This document shows, one piece after another, positions 37,205 to 46,673 of a stretch of DNA of 64,000 bases. Made by a program: the position numbers and the translations under genes. This DNA comes from Planctomycetota bacterium. GTDB taxonomy: Bacteria > Planctomycetota > B15-G4. Under the pieces are notes generated by a model, which was given only the letters and a program-made list of their open reading frames with translations, searched no databases and was not told the DNA's origin. Each line of letters begins with the position of its first letter. The stretch's first letter is position 1. The stretch spans positions 159,293 through 223,292 of the forward strand of contig JBBQUR010000009.1 of NCBI GenBank assembly GCA_038212275.1. The letters are read 5' to 3'.

Positions 37205-38908
37205 ATGCTCAATCGTTCATGGTCCCATTCCCTGCTCGTCGCCGCGGTGGCGACGGCGGGCGCGTCCTTTGCCAACGCGCATCCGGCCGCGCCGAAGTCG
37301 CCTGCCGATGCGGACAGCGCTGTGGCCGCGCAGCCCGCCGCCGCGCATGCCGCGGCAGCCGGCAAGCCCAACATCCTCTTCATCATGGGCGACGACATCG
37401 GCATGTGGAACATCGGCGCCTACCACCGCGGCATGATGGCGGGCCGGACGCCTGCGCTCGACAAGCTGGCCAAGGAAGGCGTGCTCTTCACCGACTACTA
37501 CGCCGAAGCCAGCTGCACGGCGGGGCGCGCCAACTTCATCACGGGCGAGCTGCCCATTCGCACCGGCATGACCACGGTCGGCCAGGCGGGGGCGCCCACC
37601 GGCTTGCCGGCAGAGGCCTGCACCCTCGCCACGGCACTCAAGGCGCAGGGCTACGCCACCGGCCAGTTCGGCAAGAACCACCTCGGTGACCGCAACGAGT
37701 TCCTGCCCACCGTGCACGGATTCGACGAGTTCTTCGGTTACCTGTACCACCTCGATGCGATGGAAGATCCGGCGCACCCGAACTACCCGCAGGACCTTCT
37801 GGACGTCGTCGGCCCGCGCAACATGGTCCACAGCTGGGCCACGGACGTGGACGACGCGACCGAGATGCCGCGCTGGGGCCGGATCGGCAAGCAGAAGATC
37901 GAGGACGCCGGCACGCTCTACCCCAGGCGCATGGAGACCGTCGACGACGAGATCCGCGATCTCGCCCTGAACTTCATCGACAAGGCCAAGGCGGACGGCA
38001 AGCCCTTCTTCGTCTGGCTCAACCCGACGCGCATGCACATCGTCACGCACCTCTCTCCGAAGTGGGAGGCGACGCGCAACTCGGTGAACGGCTGGTCCGA
38101 GCAGGAAGCGGGCATGGCCCAGCTCGACAACGACATCGACCTGGTCATGCAGAAGCTGAAGGCCATCGGTGAAGACGAGAACACCATCGTCGTGTTCACC
38201 ACCGACAACGGCACCGAGCTCTTCACGTGGCCGGACGGCGGCACGACGCCCTTCGCGCAGTGCAAGGGAACGATCATGGAAGGCGGCTTCCGCGTGCCGT
38301 GCATCGCCCGCTGGCCCGGCAAGATCCCGGCCGACTCCGTGCAGAACGGCATCATGTCCGGCCTCGACTGGTTCCCGACCTTCCTCGCCGCGGCGGGCAA
38401 CACGACCATCACCGAGGACCTGCTCAAGGGCGTGAAGCTCGGTGACCGCACCTACAAGAACCATCTCGACGGCTACAACCAGCTGGACATGCTCACCGGC
38501 AACGGGCCGTCCGCGCGTCACGAGATCTTCTATCTGGGCGAGAGCACCGTCGGCGCCATCCGCATCGACGACTACAAGTACCGCTTCATCGACCAGCCGC
38601 AGGGCTGGCTCGGCGTGAAGAACCACGTGGACGTTCCCTACATCACCAACCTGCGCCTCGACCCGTTCGAGCGCATGGGCTGGCCGAACAACGGCACGAA
38701 GGACGGCGCGCAGCAGTACTTCGACTGGTTCAAGTTCCAGTTCTGGCGCTTCGTCTTCGTGCAGCAGGTCATGGGCAAGGAGCTGCAGACCTTCCTCGAC
38801 TTCCCGCCGATGCAGCGGGGCGCGAGTTTCAACCTCGAGGCCGTGAAGGCCGAGATGGCCACGCGCATGGCGCAGGCGGAAGCCGCCAGCAAGGGCCCCG
38901 GCGGCTGA
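37205..38908 (+). CDS. Arylsulfatase (Cys-type, formylglycine-dependent)
   Basis: Signal; KPNILFIMGDDIG, SCTAGRANFITG, GKNHLG, FTTDNG, KGTIMEGGFRVP. Confidence 0.93.
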   Translation: MLNRSWSHSLLVAAVATAGASFANAHPAAPKSPADADSAVAAQPAAAHAAAAGKPNILFIMGDDIGMWNIGAYHRGMMAGRTPALDKLAKEGVLFTDYYAEASCTAGRANFITGELPIRTGMTTVGQAGAPTGLPAEACTLATALKAQGYATGQFGKNHLGDRNEFLPTVHGFDEFFGYLYHLDAMEDPAHPNYPQDLLDVVGPRNMVHSWATDVDDATEMPRWGRIGKQKIEDAGTLYPRRMETVDDEIRDLALNFIDKAKADGKPFFVWLNPTRMHIVTHLSPKWEATRNSVNGWSEQEAGMAQLDNDIDLVMQKLKAIGEDENTIVVFTTDNGTELFTWPDGGTTPFAQCKGTIMEGGFRVPCIARWPGKIPADSVQNGIMSGLDWFPTFLAAAGNTTITEDLLKGVKLGDRTYKNHLDGYNQLDMLTGNGPSARHEIFYLGESTVGAIRIDDYKYRFIDQPQGWLGVKNHVDVPYITNLRLDPFERMGWPNNGTKDGAQQYFDWFKFQFWRFVFVQQVMGKELQTFLDFPPMQRGASFNLEAVKAEMATRMAQAEAASKGPGG

Positions 38909-38926
38909 TCGAGTGCAATCGTGCGT

Positions 38927-38961
38927 GAAGGCGGGCGGTCCGGACAGGGCCGCCCGCCTTC
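38927..38961 (+). terminator. 15-bp stem-loop after the sulfatase gene
   Basis: gaaggcgggcggtcc-ggaca-gggccgcccgccttc (one G-U pair); no U-tract. Confidence 0.5.
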
Positions 38962-39017
38962 GTCATGTTCGGAAACCGGGCTCCCCGTCCGGGCGCTTCC
39001 TCGGAAAGGACTGAATC

Positions 39018-40022
39018 ATGAACTCCGTGAAGTCACGGCCACTCGGCTTTCGCGTGCTGTGTGGCCTCATGCTCCTGTCGGTGGTGGCGTGCACGACCGT
39101 GGATCCGCTGCCGTCGTGGAACGAGGGTGCGACCAAGCGGGCCATCACGAGCTTCGTGGAAAGGGTCACCACGGAGGGCTCTCCCGACTTCGTGCCGGTG
39201 TCCGATCGCATTGCCACCTTCGACAACGACGGCACGCTCTGGGCCGAGCAGCCGCTCTACGTCCAGCTCTTCTTCGCGCTGGACCGCGTGAAGACCCTTG
39301 CGCCGCAGCACCCGGAGTGGAAGGACACGGAGCCCTTCGCGTCGCTGCTCAAGGGCGACACGAAGGCCGCGCTCGCCGGCGGCGAGAAGGCGATGCTCGA
39401 GATCGTCATGGCCACGCACGCGGGCATGACCACCGAGGAATTCGAGGAGATCGTGCGCACCTGGGTCGCCACCGCGCGGCATCCGAAGACGCACCAGCTC
39501 TTCACCGACATGGTCTACCAGCCGATGCTCGAGCTGCTCGCCTGGATGCGCGCCAAGGGGTTCAAGACCTACATCGTCTCCGGCGGCGGCGTGGAGTTCA
39601 TGCGCCCGTGGACGGAGCGCGTCTACGGCGTGCCTGCCGAGCAGGTCGTCGGCTCCAGCATCAAGACCGCCTACCAGCTGCGCGACGGCAAGCCGGAGCT
39701 GGCGCGCCTGCCCGAGATCGACTTCATCGATGATGCCGATGGCAAGCCCGTCGGCATCAACCGGGATATCGGCAAGCGGCCCGTCGCGGCCTTCGGCAAC
39801 TCCGACGGCGATTTCCAGATGCTGCAGTGGACGACGGCCGGGAGCGGCGCGCGCTTCGGACTCATCGTGCACCACACCGATGCGGTCCGCGAATGGGCCT
39901 ACGACCGCGACTCGAAGATCGGCCACCTGGAGAAGGCGCTCGATGCCGCTCCGAAGGAAGGCTGGACGGTCATGGACATGAAGACCGACTGGAAGACCGT
40001 GTTCACCTGGAAAAAGCCCTGA
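39018..40022 (+). CDS. HAD family hydrolase (acid phosphatase-like), lipoprotein
   Basis: AAGGA RBS; lipobox VVAC; FDNDGTLW, IVSGGG, GKP, FGNSDGD. Confidence 0.9.
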   Translation: MNSVKSRPLGFRVLCGLMLLSVVACTTVDPLPSWNEGATKRAITSFVERVTTEGSPDFVPVSDRIATFDNDGTLWAEQPLYVQLFFALDRVKTLAPQHPEWKDTEPFASLLKGDTKAALAGGEKAMLEIVMATHAGMTTEEFEEIVRTWVATARHPKTHQLFTDMVYQPMLELLAWMRAKGFKTYIVSGGGVEFMRPWTERVYGVPAEQVVGSSIKTAYQLRDGKPELARLPEIDFIDDADGKPVGINRDIGKRPVAAFGNSDGDFQMLQWTTAGSGARFGLIVHHTDAVREWAYDRDSKIGHLEKALDAAPKEGWTVMDMKTDWKTVFTWKKP

Positions 40023-40147
40023 GCGGCCGCTCCCGCGCGACCCTTTCGCCAACACCTCGGGAAGTCACCGGGGTTGGACAAGTGGCGCCCGATTCTGCAA
40101 GCTCTGCTTCCGCGCCACGCGCGCACCACTCCGAGGAGACACCGATC

Positions 40148-41092
40148 ATGAAGTCATGCCGATGGAATCGCGCCGCCTTGGCGACGCTCGCTTTCGCTGC
40201 TGGTTGCAGCACGACCGGCGGCGTCGCTCGTCCGGCTCCCGTCTCGGACGTGCTGGTTGCCGCGCACGACGCGGACGCTTCGCACGACGGCAGCGCGTGG
40301 CAGACTGCCAGCGCGGACGGCAGCGCGGGCGGCAGCTCGGACGGCGTCGAGGACGAGAACGTCACCCTGGCGAAGAAGCTTACCAATCCCGTGGCCGACC
40401 TCATCAGCGTGCCCTTCCAGTTCAACTACGACCACAACATCGGCCCGAAGACGCAGGGCAACAGGGGCTACCTGAACTTTCAGCCGGTCATCCCGATCGA
40501 ACTGGACGAAGACTGGAACGTCATCTCGCGCACCATCGTGCCGATCATCGACCAGCACGATCTGGCACCGACATCAGGCGACCAGTCCGGCCTCGGCGAC
40601 GTCACGCAGAGCTTCTTCTTCTCGCCCAAGGAGCCCACCAAAGACGGTTGGATCTGGGGTGTGGGTCCGGCGCTGCTCCTCCCCACGGCGAACAACGACC
40701 TGCTGGGAAGCGGCAAGTACGGCGCCGGTCCGACGGCCGTGGTGCTCAAGCAGGAGGGACCGTGGACCTACGGCGCGCTCGCCAACCACATCTGGTCCTA
40801 CGCGGGCGATGACGACCGCCGCTCGGTGAACAACACTTTCCTCCAGCCCTTCCTCTCCTACACGACGCCCGAGGCCATCACCTACACACTCAACACCGAA
40901 TCCAACTACAACTGGATGACGGACGACTGGTCGGTGCCGGTCAACGCGATGGTGAGCAAGCTGACGAAGTTCGGCGACCAGCTCGTGAGCATCGGCGTCG
41001 GCCTGCGCTACTGGGTCTCGGCGCCGAACAACGAGGGCCCCGAGGGCTTCGGCCTGCGCCTGATCATCACGCCGCTCTTCCCCAAGAAGTAA
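40148..41092 (+). CDS. Putative outer-membrane channel/porin-like protein
   Basis: GAGGAG RBS; LAKKLTNPVADLISVP, FQPVIP, SGLGD, WGVGP; amphipathic strands ending in LFPKK. Confidence 0.8.
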   Translation: MKSCRWNRAALATLAFAAGCSTTGGVARPAPVSDVLVAAHDADASHDGSAWQTASADGSAGGSSDGVEDENVTLAKKLTNPVADLISVPFQFNYDHNIGPKTQGNRGYLNFQPVIPIELDEDWNVISRTIVPIIDQHDLAPTSGDQSGLGDVTQSFFFSPKEPTKDGWIWGVGPALLLPTANNDLLGSGKYGAGPTAVVLKQEGPWTYGALANHIWSYAGDDDRRSVNNTFLQPFLSYTTPEAITYTLNTESNYNWMTDDWSVPVNAMVSKLTKFGDQLVSIGVGLRYWVSAPNNEGPEGFGLRLIITPLFPKK

Positions 41093-41117
41093 TCGCGCCA
41101 GCCCGGGTGATCGCGGC

Positions 41118-43649
41118 ATGAACAGGGCCCGCATGCTCGCGGTGGGCGTGGTCGTCGTCGGTGTGGCGGTGTGGGCACTGGCTGCGAGCGGGACGCGATC
41201 CGCGAACTCTCCGGGCACGTCGGGCACGTCGGGCACGTCGGGTGCGCCGAGCGCGCCGAGCGCGCCGAGTGCGGTTGCAAGCGCTGCGTCGGCAGCCGGC
41301 TCGGGATCGGCGGCGACGCAGGCTGCGAGCGGCCACGGGCCGTCGTCGACGTCCGCTCACGGCTCGGCCCGCGCCGATTTCGTCGGCGCGTCGGCGTGCA
41401 GCGAGTGCCACGCGAAGGAGCTGGAAGCGTGGACCGGCTCGCACCACGACCTCGCGATGCAGCCGGCCGACGAGAGCACGGTCCTCGGCGATTTCAATGG
41501 CGCCACCTTCGAGCACTTCGGCGTGACCTCGACGTTCACGCGGCGCGACGGAAACTTCTTCGTGCGCACCGACGGCCCTGACGGGCAGCTCGCGGACTTC
41601 CAGATCAAGAACACCTTCGGCGTCTATCCGCTGCAGCAGTACCTCGTGGAGTTTCCGGGAGGACGGCAGCAGGCCCTCGGCATCGCGTGGGATGCGCGGC
41701 CCGCCTCCGACGGCGGCCAGCGCTGGTATCACCTCTATCCCGGCGAGCCCGTCGACCACAGCGACCAGCTCCACTGGACCGGCCTGTACCAGAACTGGAA
41801 TCTCATGTGCGCCGAGTGCCACAGCACGGACCTGCGCAAGGGCTACGACGCGGCGACGAACACCTACGCCACGACCTTCAGCGAGATCGATGTCTCGTGC
41901 GAGGCCTGCCACGGGCCGGGCCGGCAGCACGTGGCGTGGGCGCGCAGCGCCGTGCCGCCGTATGAAGCCGGCGCGGACAACGGCCTCGCCGTGCACCTGG
42001 CCAGCGACTGGGCCGGCGCGTGGATCTTCCCGACACCCGATGCGAAGTTTCCCGAACGCCAGTCGCCGCTCGACCCCGCGGTGAACAACGCATGCGCCGC
42101 ATGCCACGCACGTCGTTCCACGCTGGTGGAAGGCGCGACGCCCGGCACGGCGCTCGAAGACAGCCACCGGCTCGCATTGCTCACCGCTCCGAACTACCAC
42201 GTCGACGGCCAGCAGCGCGACGAGGTCTACACCTGGGGCTCCTTCCTGCAGAGCCGCATGCACGCGCAAGGCGTCGCCTGCGTGGACTGTCACGACCCGC
42301 ACACGCTGAAGACGCGCCTTCCGGGCAATCAGCTCTGCCAGCGCTGCCATGTGGCCGAGCGCTTCGACACGAAGGCGCATCACTTCCACGAGCCGGACGG
42401 CAAAGGCGGGAGCTGCGTCGCGTGCCACATGCCGACGCAGAAGTACATGGTGGTGCACGACCGGCTCGACCACAGCCTGCGCGTGCCGCGCCCGGACCTG
42501 TCGGCAGTGCTGGGCAGCCCGAACGCCTGCACGATGTGCCACACCGACAAGCAGCCGGGCTGGGCCGCGGCGGCGATGGACGGCTGGTACGGTCCGGCGT
42601 GGCGCACGCGGCCGCAGTGGGGGCCGCTGTTGCGCGCCGGCGCGCTCGGTGTCGTCGGGGTGCTGCCCTCGCTGCTGCAGCTTGCGGGCGATGCGGGGAC
42701 GCCGGCAGCGGGCTCGCCTGCGACGCCGGCCGCATCCGCCGCGGGCGCGACTTCACAGCCGGCGCCCGGCATCGTGCGCGCCACCGCTGCGGCACTCGCC
42801 GCCTCGCAGATGGTGCCCGACGCGTTGCCCGCGGTCGTGTCGCTGATTCAGGACGACGATCCGCTGGTGCGCATCGAGGGCCTTGGCCTGCTCGAGCCGT
42901 TCAGCGCCTCGATCCGCGCGCAGATCGCGGTGCTGGTCCTCGCCGATCCGGTGCTCGGCGTGCGCATCGAGGCTGCCCGCCTCATCGCCGACGTGCCGGA
43001 CACGCAGTTGCCTCCCGACGCGCAGGTGGCTCGCAAACGTGCGCTCGACGAACTCATGGAGTCGTACCGGCTCAATGCCGACTGGCCGGCCGAGAACGTG
43101 AATCGCGGCAATCTCGCGCTGAAGCAGGGCCGGCTCGGCGAGGCGGTCACGGCCTACGAACGCGCCATCGAGCTCGATTCGCGCTTCCTCGGCGCCTACG
43201 TGAATCTCGCCGACGCACTGCGACAGCTGGGGCGCGAGGCCGAGGGCGAGCAGGCGCTGCGCCGCGGCCTCGAGATCTCACCGCGTGCCGCGGACCTGCA
43301 TCACGCGCTGGGTCTGCTGCTCGTGCGCCAGCAGGACACCGACGCCGCGCTGTCCGAACTGGGCCGCGCCGCCGACCTCGCCACCGACAACCCGCGCTAC
43401 GCCTACGTCTACGCCATCGGATTGCACTCGGCGGGCAAGGTGTCCGAGGCTCTGGAAGTGCTGCGCGCCGCAGACGCGCGCCATCCCTACGACCCGGACA
43501 TCCTGGGCTCGATGCTCTCCATCCTCCGCGAGCGCGGCGGTCCCGGCGATGCGGCGGCCGCGCTGCCGTGGGCGCTCAAGCTGCAGCAGCTGCTGCCCGG
43601 CAACGAGGAACTCGGAAAGATCATCGCCGAGCTGCAGCAGACGCCGTAG
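41118..43649 (+). CDS. Multiheme c-type cytochrome with HEAT-like and TPR repeats
   Basis: Eight CxxCH motifs (CSECH, CAECH, CEACH, CAACH, CVDCH, CQRCH, CVACH, CTMCH); C-terminal TPRs. Confidence 0.92.
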   Translation: MNRARMLAVGVVVVGVAVWALAASGTRSANSPGTSGTSGTSGAPSAPSAPSAVASAASAAGSGSAATQAASGHGPSSTSAHGSARADFVGASACSECHAKELEAWTGSHHDLAMQPADESTVLGDFNGATFEHFGVTSTFTRRDGNFFVRTDGPDGQLADFQIKNTFGVYPLQQYLVEFPGGRQQALGIAWDARPASDGGQRWYHLYPGEPVDHSDQLHWTGLYQNWNLMCAECHSTDLRKGYDAATNTYATTFSEIDVSCEACHGPGRQHVAWARSAVPPYEAGADNGLAVHLASDWAGAWIFPTPDAKFPERQSPLDPAVNNACAACHARRSTLVEGATPGTALEDSHRLALLTAPNYHVDGQQRDEVYTWGSFLQSRMHAQGVACVDCHDPHTLKTRLPGNQLCQRCHVAERFDTKAHHFHEPDGKGGSCVACHMPTQKYMVVHDRLDHSLRVPRPDLSAVLGSPNACTMCHTDKQPGWAAAAMDGWYGPAWRTRPQWGPLLRAGALGVVGVLPSLLQLAGDAGTPAAGSPATPAASAAGATSQPAPGIVRATAAALAASQMVPDALPAVVSLIQDDDPLVRIEGLGLLEPFSASIRAQIAVLVLADPVLGVRIEAARLIADVPDTQLPPDAQVARKRALDELMESYRLNADWPAENVNRGNLALKQGRLGEAVTAYERAIELDSRFLGAYVNLADALRQLGREAEGEQALRRGLEISPRAADLHHALGLLLVRQQDTDAALSELGRAADLATDNPRYAYVYAIGLHSAGKVSEALEVLRAADARHPYDPDILGSMLSILRERGGPGDAAAALPWALKLQQLLPGNEELGKIIAELQQTP

Positions 43650-43664
43650 ATCGCGACGGCGCCT

Positions 43665-43752
43665 GGTCAGCGCCCGGTCATCGCGTGGTCATCGCGTAGT
43701 CATCGCGTAGTCATCGCGTAGTCTTCGCGTGGTCAGCGCGTGGTCAGCGCGT
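43665..43752. repeat. 11-bp tandem repeat x8 between convergent genes
   Basis: ggtcatcgcgt/agtcatcgcgt/ggtcagcgcgt units. Confidence 0.92.
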
Positions 43753-43754
43753 GA

Positions 43755-45170
43755 TCAAGGTGTCGTGCTCTGCAGCGCGTTGGAGATCGCGAAGCCGGAC
43801 GGGCCGACCGGATCGCTGATCAGGCACTGCCAGTAGAGCGACACGCCGCCGGGCACGCCGGCCGGCCACGTGAAGGGCAGGCCGACCGAGCCGCTGGGAG
43901 CCAGCGCCGGCACGAGCACCAGGTAGTCGGGGAACGGGACCAGCACGCCCTGCTTGAAGCTCGCGTAGATCGTGCTGATGCCGACGACGTAGGCCGCGGG
44001 GCTGCTCGGCTTGCCCTTCGTGAGCACGACGCTGGTGGGGCTGCCTGCGGTGAGCGCGCCGGTGCCGACGAGCTTCGGAATACCCTGGGTGCCGGCCAGC
44101 CCGTTGCCGAGGTCGGTCCACTGCGGCGACGGCGTGTTGAACTCGACGATGAAGCCCCCGAAGCCGAACGGCCCGCCTCCTCCGGCCTCGCCGCCGCCGA
44201 CGACCACGTTGCCGTCATCGCTGACCGCGCGGCACACCAGCAGGTTGGGCGCGCCGACGACGCCGAGTGCGGTCAACCTGTCGTTCAGCGACTTGATGCC
44301 GTCGGTGGAGGTCCACACCCACGCCTTGCGGGACAGCTGGTTCACGTCGTAGCCGACGATGACCTTGTTGTCCTCGCTGAGGTCGCTGGCGGTGCCGGCC
44401 CAGTTGCCGCCCAGCAGGCCGCCGAGGTTCGTCATGACGCCGGTCTGCGCGTCACGGATGAACGCGGTGAAGGAACTTCCGCTGAAGTACTTCGTGCCGA
44501 CCGACTTGCTGCCGTTCTCATTGAAGCCGTGGACCTCGCCCTGGAAGTTCGCGTCGAGCACGAATCCAGAGGTGTTCGGCGCCCAGTAGGCGGGCGTGCG
44601 GCTGAATGTGCCCTGTGCGAAGCCGCCCAGCGCGGAACCGTCGCCCGAGATCGCGCTGCAGCGATTGGAACCGTTGGCGAGTCCCTGCAACTCCTGCATG
44701 CCGGTGGCCGACGTCCAGCGGAAGCCGCGCGCGTTGCAACCATTCACCCACGAGAGACCCACGACGGTCGTGCCGTCGCCCGAGATGTCGTAGGCCGAGC
44801 TGCGGTCGCCGCAGCCCAGGCTCGCAGTGGGCAGCCAGCCGAGACTCTGCCAGCCGCTCGCGGCGGTCCAGATGGCCGCCACGCTGGCGCCGCTGTTTCC
44901 CGGATCAGGGATGTTGCCGCACACGACGCTGCCGTCGTCCGACACGCCGACCACGTCGCCACCGAGGATGACCGTCGGCGCCGGGTCCACGCGCCAGCGC
45001 CAGATGAAGCCGTTCCCGAAGTCGAAGGTGCCGACAACGACCTCGCCGTCCGGCGTGATGTCGTTTGCCCAGCTGCCGGTGGGAAGGTTGATGATTTTCT
45101 GCGCCGAGACCGACCCCACGCACAGCGCGAGAGCCAGGGCCCGCAGGAGTTGGATGCGTCCCTTGAACAT
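43755..45170 (-). CDS. Secreted HAF-repeat (beta-propeller) protein with shared C-terminal domain
   Basis: Signal MFKGRIQLLRALALALCVGSVSAQ; repeats of AxxISxDGxxVVG...FRW; tail WTDLGNGLAG..FKQG..WPAGVPGG..YWQ..D..SNAL. Confidence 0.85.
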   Translation of the reverse strand: MFKGRIQLLRALALALCVGSVSAQKIINLPTGSWANDITPDGEVVVGTFDFGNGFIWRWRVDPAPTVILGGDVVGVSDDGSVVCGNIPDPGNSGASVAAIWTAASGWQSLGWLPTASLGCGDRSSAYDISGDGTTVVGLSWVNGCNARGFRWTSATGMQELQGLANGSNRCSAISGDGSALGGFAQGTFSRTPAYWAPNTSGFVLDANFQGEVHGFNENGSKSVGTKYFSGSSFTAFIRDAQTGVMTNLGGLLGGNWAGTASDLSEDNKVIVGYDVNQLSRKAWVWTSTDGIKSLNDRLTALGVVGAPNLLVCRAVSDDGNVVVGGGEAGGGGPFGFGGFIVEFNTPSPQWTDLGNGLAGTQGIPKLVGTGALTAGSPTSVVLTKGKPSSPAAYVVGISTIYASFKQGVLVPFPDYLVLVPALAPSGSVGLPFTWPAGVPGGVSLYWQCLISDPVGPSGFAISNALQSTTP

Positions 45171-45347
45171 GGAGAGTGCTCCGAAGAAGCGAGTGCTGCC
45201 GCCGACGCGGACTCTGCTCGGAAAGCTGGTTGTCCGTCGGTTCGCGAGGTAGGCTACGCCTCGCTTTCTATCCCTGCAAACTTCCCTGGGGAAATACCGG
45301 AGCCGCGCCGAGCCGCATGGAGCAACATGTCGAAGGGGCGTGAGCCG

Positions 45348-46616
45348 ATGCCAACCAGCCGGGAAGCCAAAGCCAGGCTCGGCCTGTCTCCCACGCGGTC
45401 CGCTCCGCTCTCGGAGGACTGCAAGCAGGTGCTCCAGCAGCTGCGGGGCGCGCTCACCGACGCGGTCGTCGGCCTTGAGCTCGACCCGACGCGGCCCCAG
45501 GACCTGGCGCGCAGCCTCGGCCTGCATCGCAACCTGGCGTGGAAGGTGGCCAAGCTCGTCAACGGCACGGACGTGCTGCTCACCGTGCCGCACGTCCCCG
45601 GGCGCAACGGCATGGAGATCGTGGCCCGTGCGATGGAGAAGGCCGGCGCGAGCGCCAGGGTCGTCGCCCGCATCCGCGCGGCGATGGAGGCCTTCGACGA
45701 ACTCGTGACGCTGCACGCCGGAGACCGCGGGACGCTGGACCTCGTCGTGGGCGGGCTCTTCCCGGGCGCGGCGCACCGCGAGAGCATGCTGCAGGCGCGT
45801 CGGCTCGCCTTCCGCGGCAACAGCGCCATCTGGGGGCTGCAGGCCCGGGTGGTGCTCGTCACCAACATCATCAGGCCCAGCGCCGAGGATCCGCGGCGTG
45901 TCGACGTGGCTCAGATCTGCGGGTGCATCGACTTCCGCGGTCTGCGTTCCAACGTGGTGTGGCCGCTGTTCCGGCGCGCCGCCTGGGGCGAGGGTCAGGC
46001 CGAACACGGCGTGGACGGCGAGCCGATCGTCCCGGTGCGCTCCGCGACCGATGTGCCCCTGCTCGAGGAGTTCTGCTCGCGCGACCTGCCGACGCTCGAG
46101 GTCGTGCACAGCGACGTCGAGACCACGTACTGGTTGCCTGCGCGCACGCTGGGCCGCACGGGTGAGCTGACCTGCATCTACGCCTCGGTGATGCGCGGCA
46201 TCGGCTCGCAATACGCCTCGGCGCTCGACACCACGTGCGATCTGGAAGCCAGCCTCGCCACGCCGGTCGAACTGCTGCACTTCGATCTGCTGGCGCACGA
46301 GTCGCTGACGTGGGCGCACGAGCCTCGGATCGATGTCTACAGCCGCCTCGAACAGCGCGTCGCGAAGGCCACGGACAGAAAGGCCTCGATGCGCCTGCCC
46401 ATCGACGAGGAACTCCACGAGCTTGGCGTGGGCCTCGAGACGATGGCCACGCCGCACATGGCGCGCTACCGCGAGTTGCTCGATTACGTCTTCGCGGCCC
46501 TCGGCTGGCAGGCCTCCGAGTTCCGCGGCTTCCGCACCCTGCTCGCCTATCCGCCGGTGCCGTCCGCGGTCACCGTCTCGATGGACCTGCTGCCGGAACC
46601 CGCGCCGGGCAGCTGA
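45348..46616 (+). CDS. Hypothetical protein, putative HTH transcriptional regulator
   Basis: N-terminal PQDLARSLGLHRNLAWKVAK HTH-like segment; no signal peptide; alternative ATG at 45327. Confidence 0.7.
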   Translation: MPTSREAKARLGLSPTRSAPLSEDCKQVLQQLRGALTDAVVGLELDPTRPQDLARSLGLHRNLAWKVAKLVNGTDVLLTVPHVPGRNGMEIVARAMEKAGASARVVARIRAAMEAFDELVTLHAGDRGTLDLVVGGLFPGAAHRESMLQARRLAFRGNSAIWGLQARVVLVTNIIRPSAEDPRRVDVAQICGCIDFRGLRSNVVWPLFRRAAWGEGQAEHGVDGEPIVPVRSATDVPLLEEFCSRDLPTLEVVHSDVETTYWLPARTLGRTGELTCIYASVMRGIGSQYASALDTTCDLEASLATPVELLHFDLLAHESLTWAHEPRIDVYSRLEQRVAKATDRKASMRLPIDEELHELGVGLETMATPHMARYRELLDYVFAALGWQASEFRGFRTLLAYPPVPSAVTVSMDLLPEPAPGS

Positions 46617-46673
46617 CATCCTCGCTGCAGCGGCGAAGCCTTCGCGCCGCGCCGCGCGGCGCGCCGTGACGCG

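Noticed and set aside
43665..43752. CRISPR array
   Set aside because: 11-bp contiguous units with no spacers, and no cas genes in the window
43755..46619. Single 954-aa ORF
   Set aside because: The N-terminal half is antisense to 45348..46616; the real gene starts at the signal peptide at 45170
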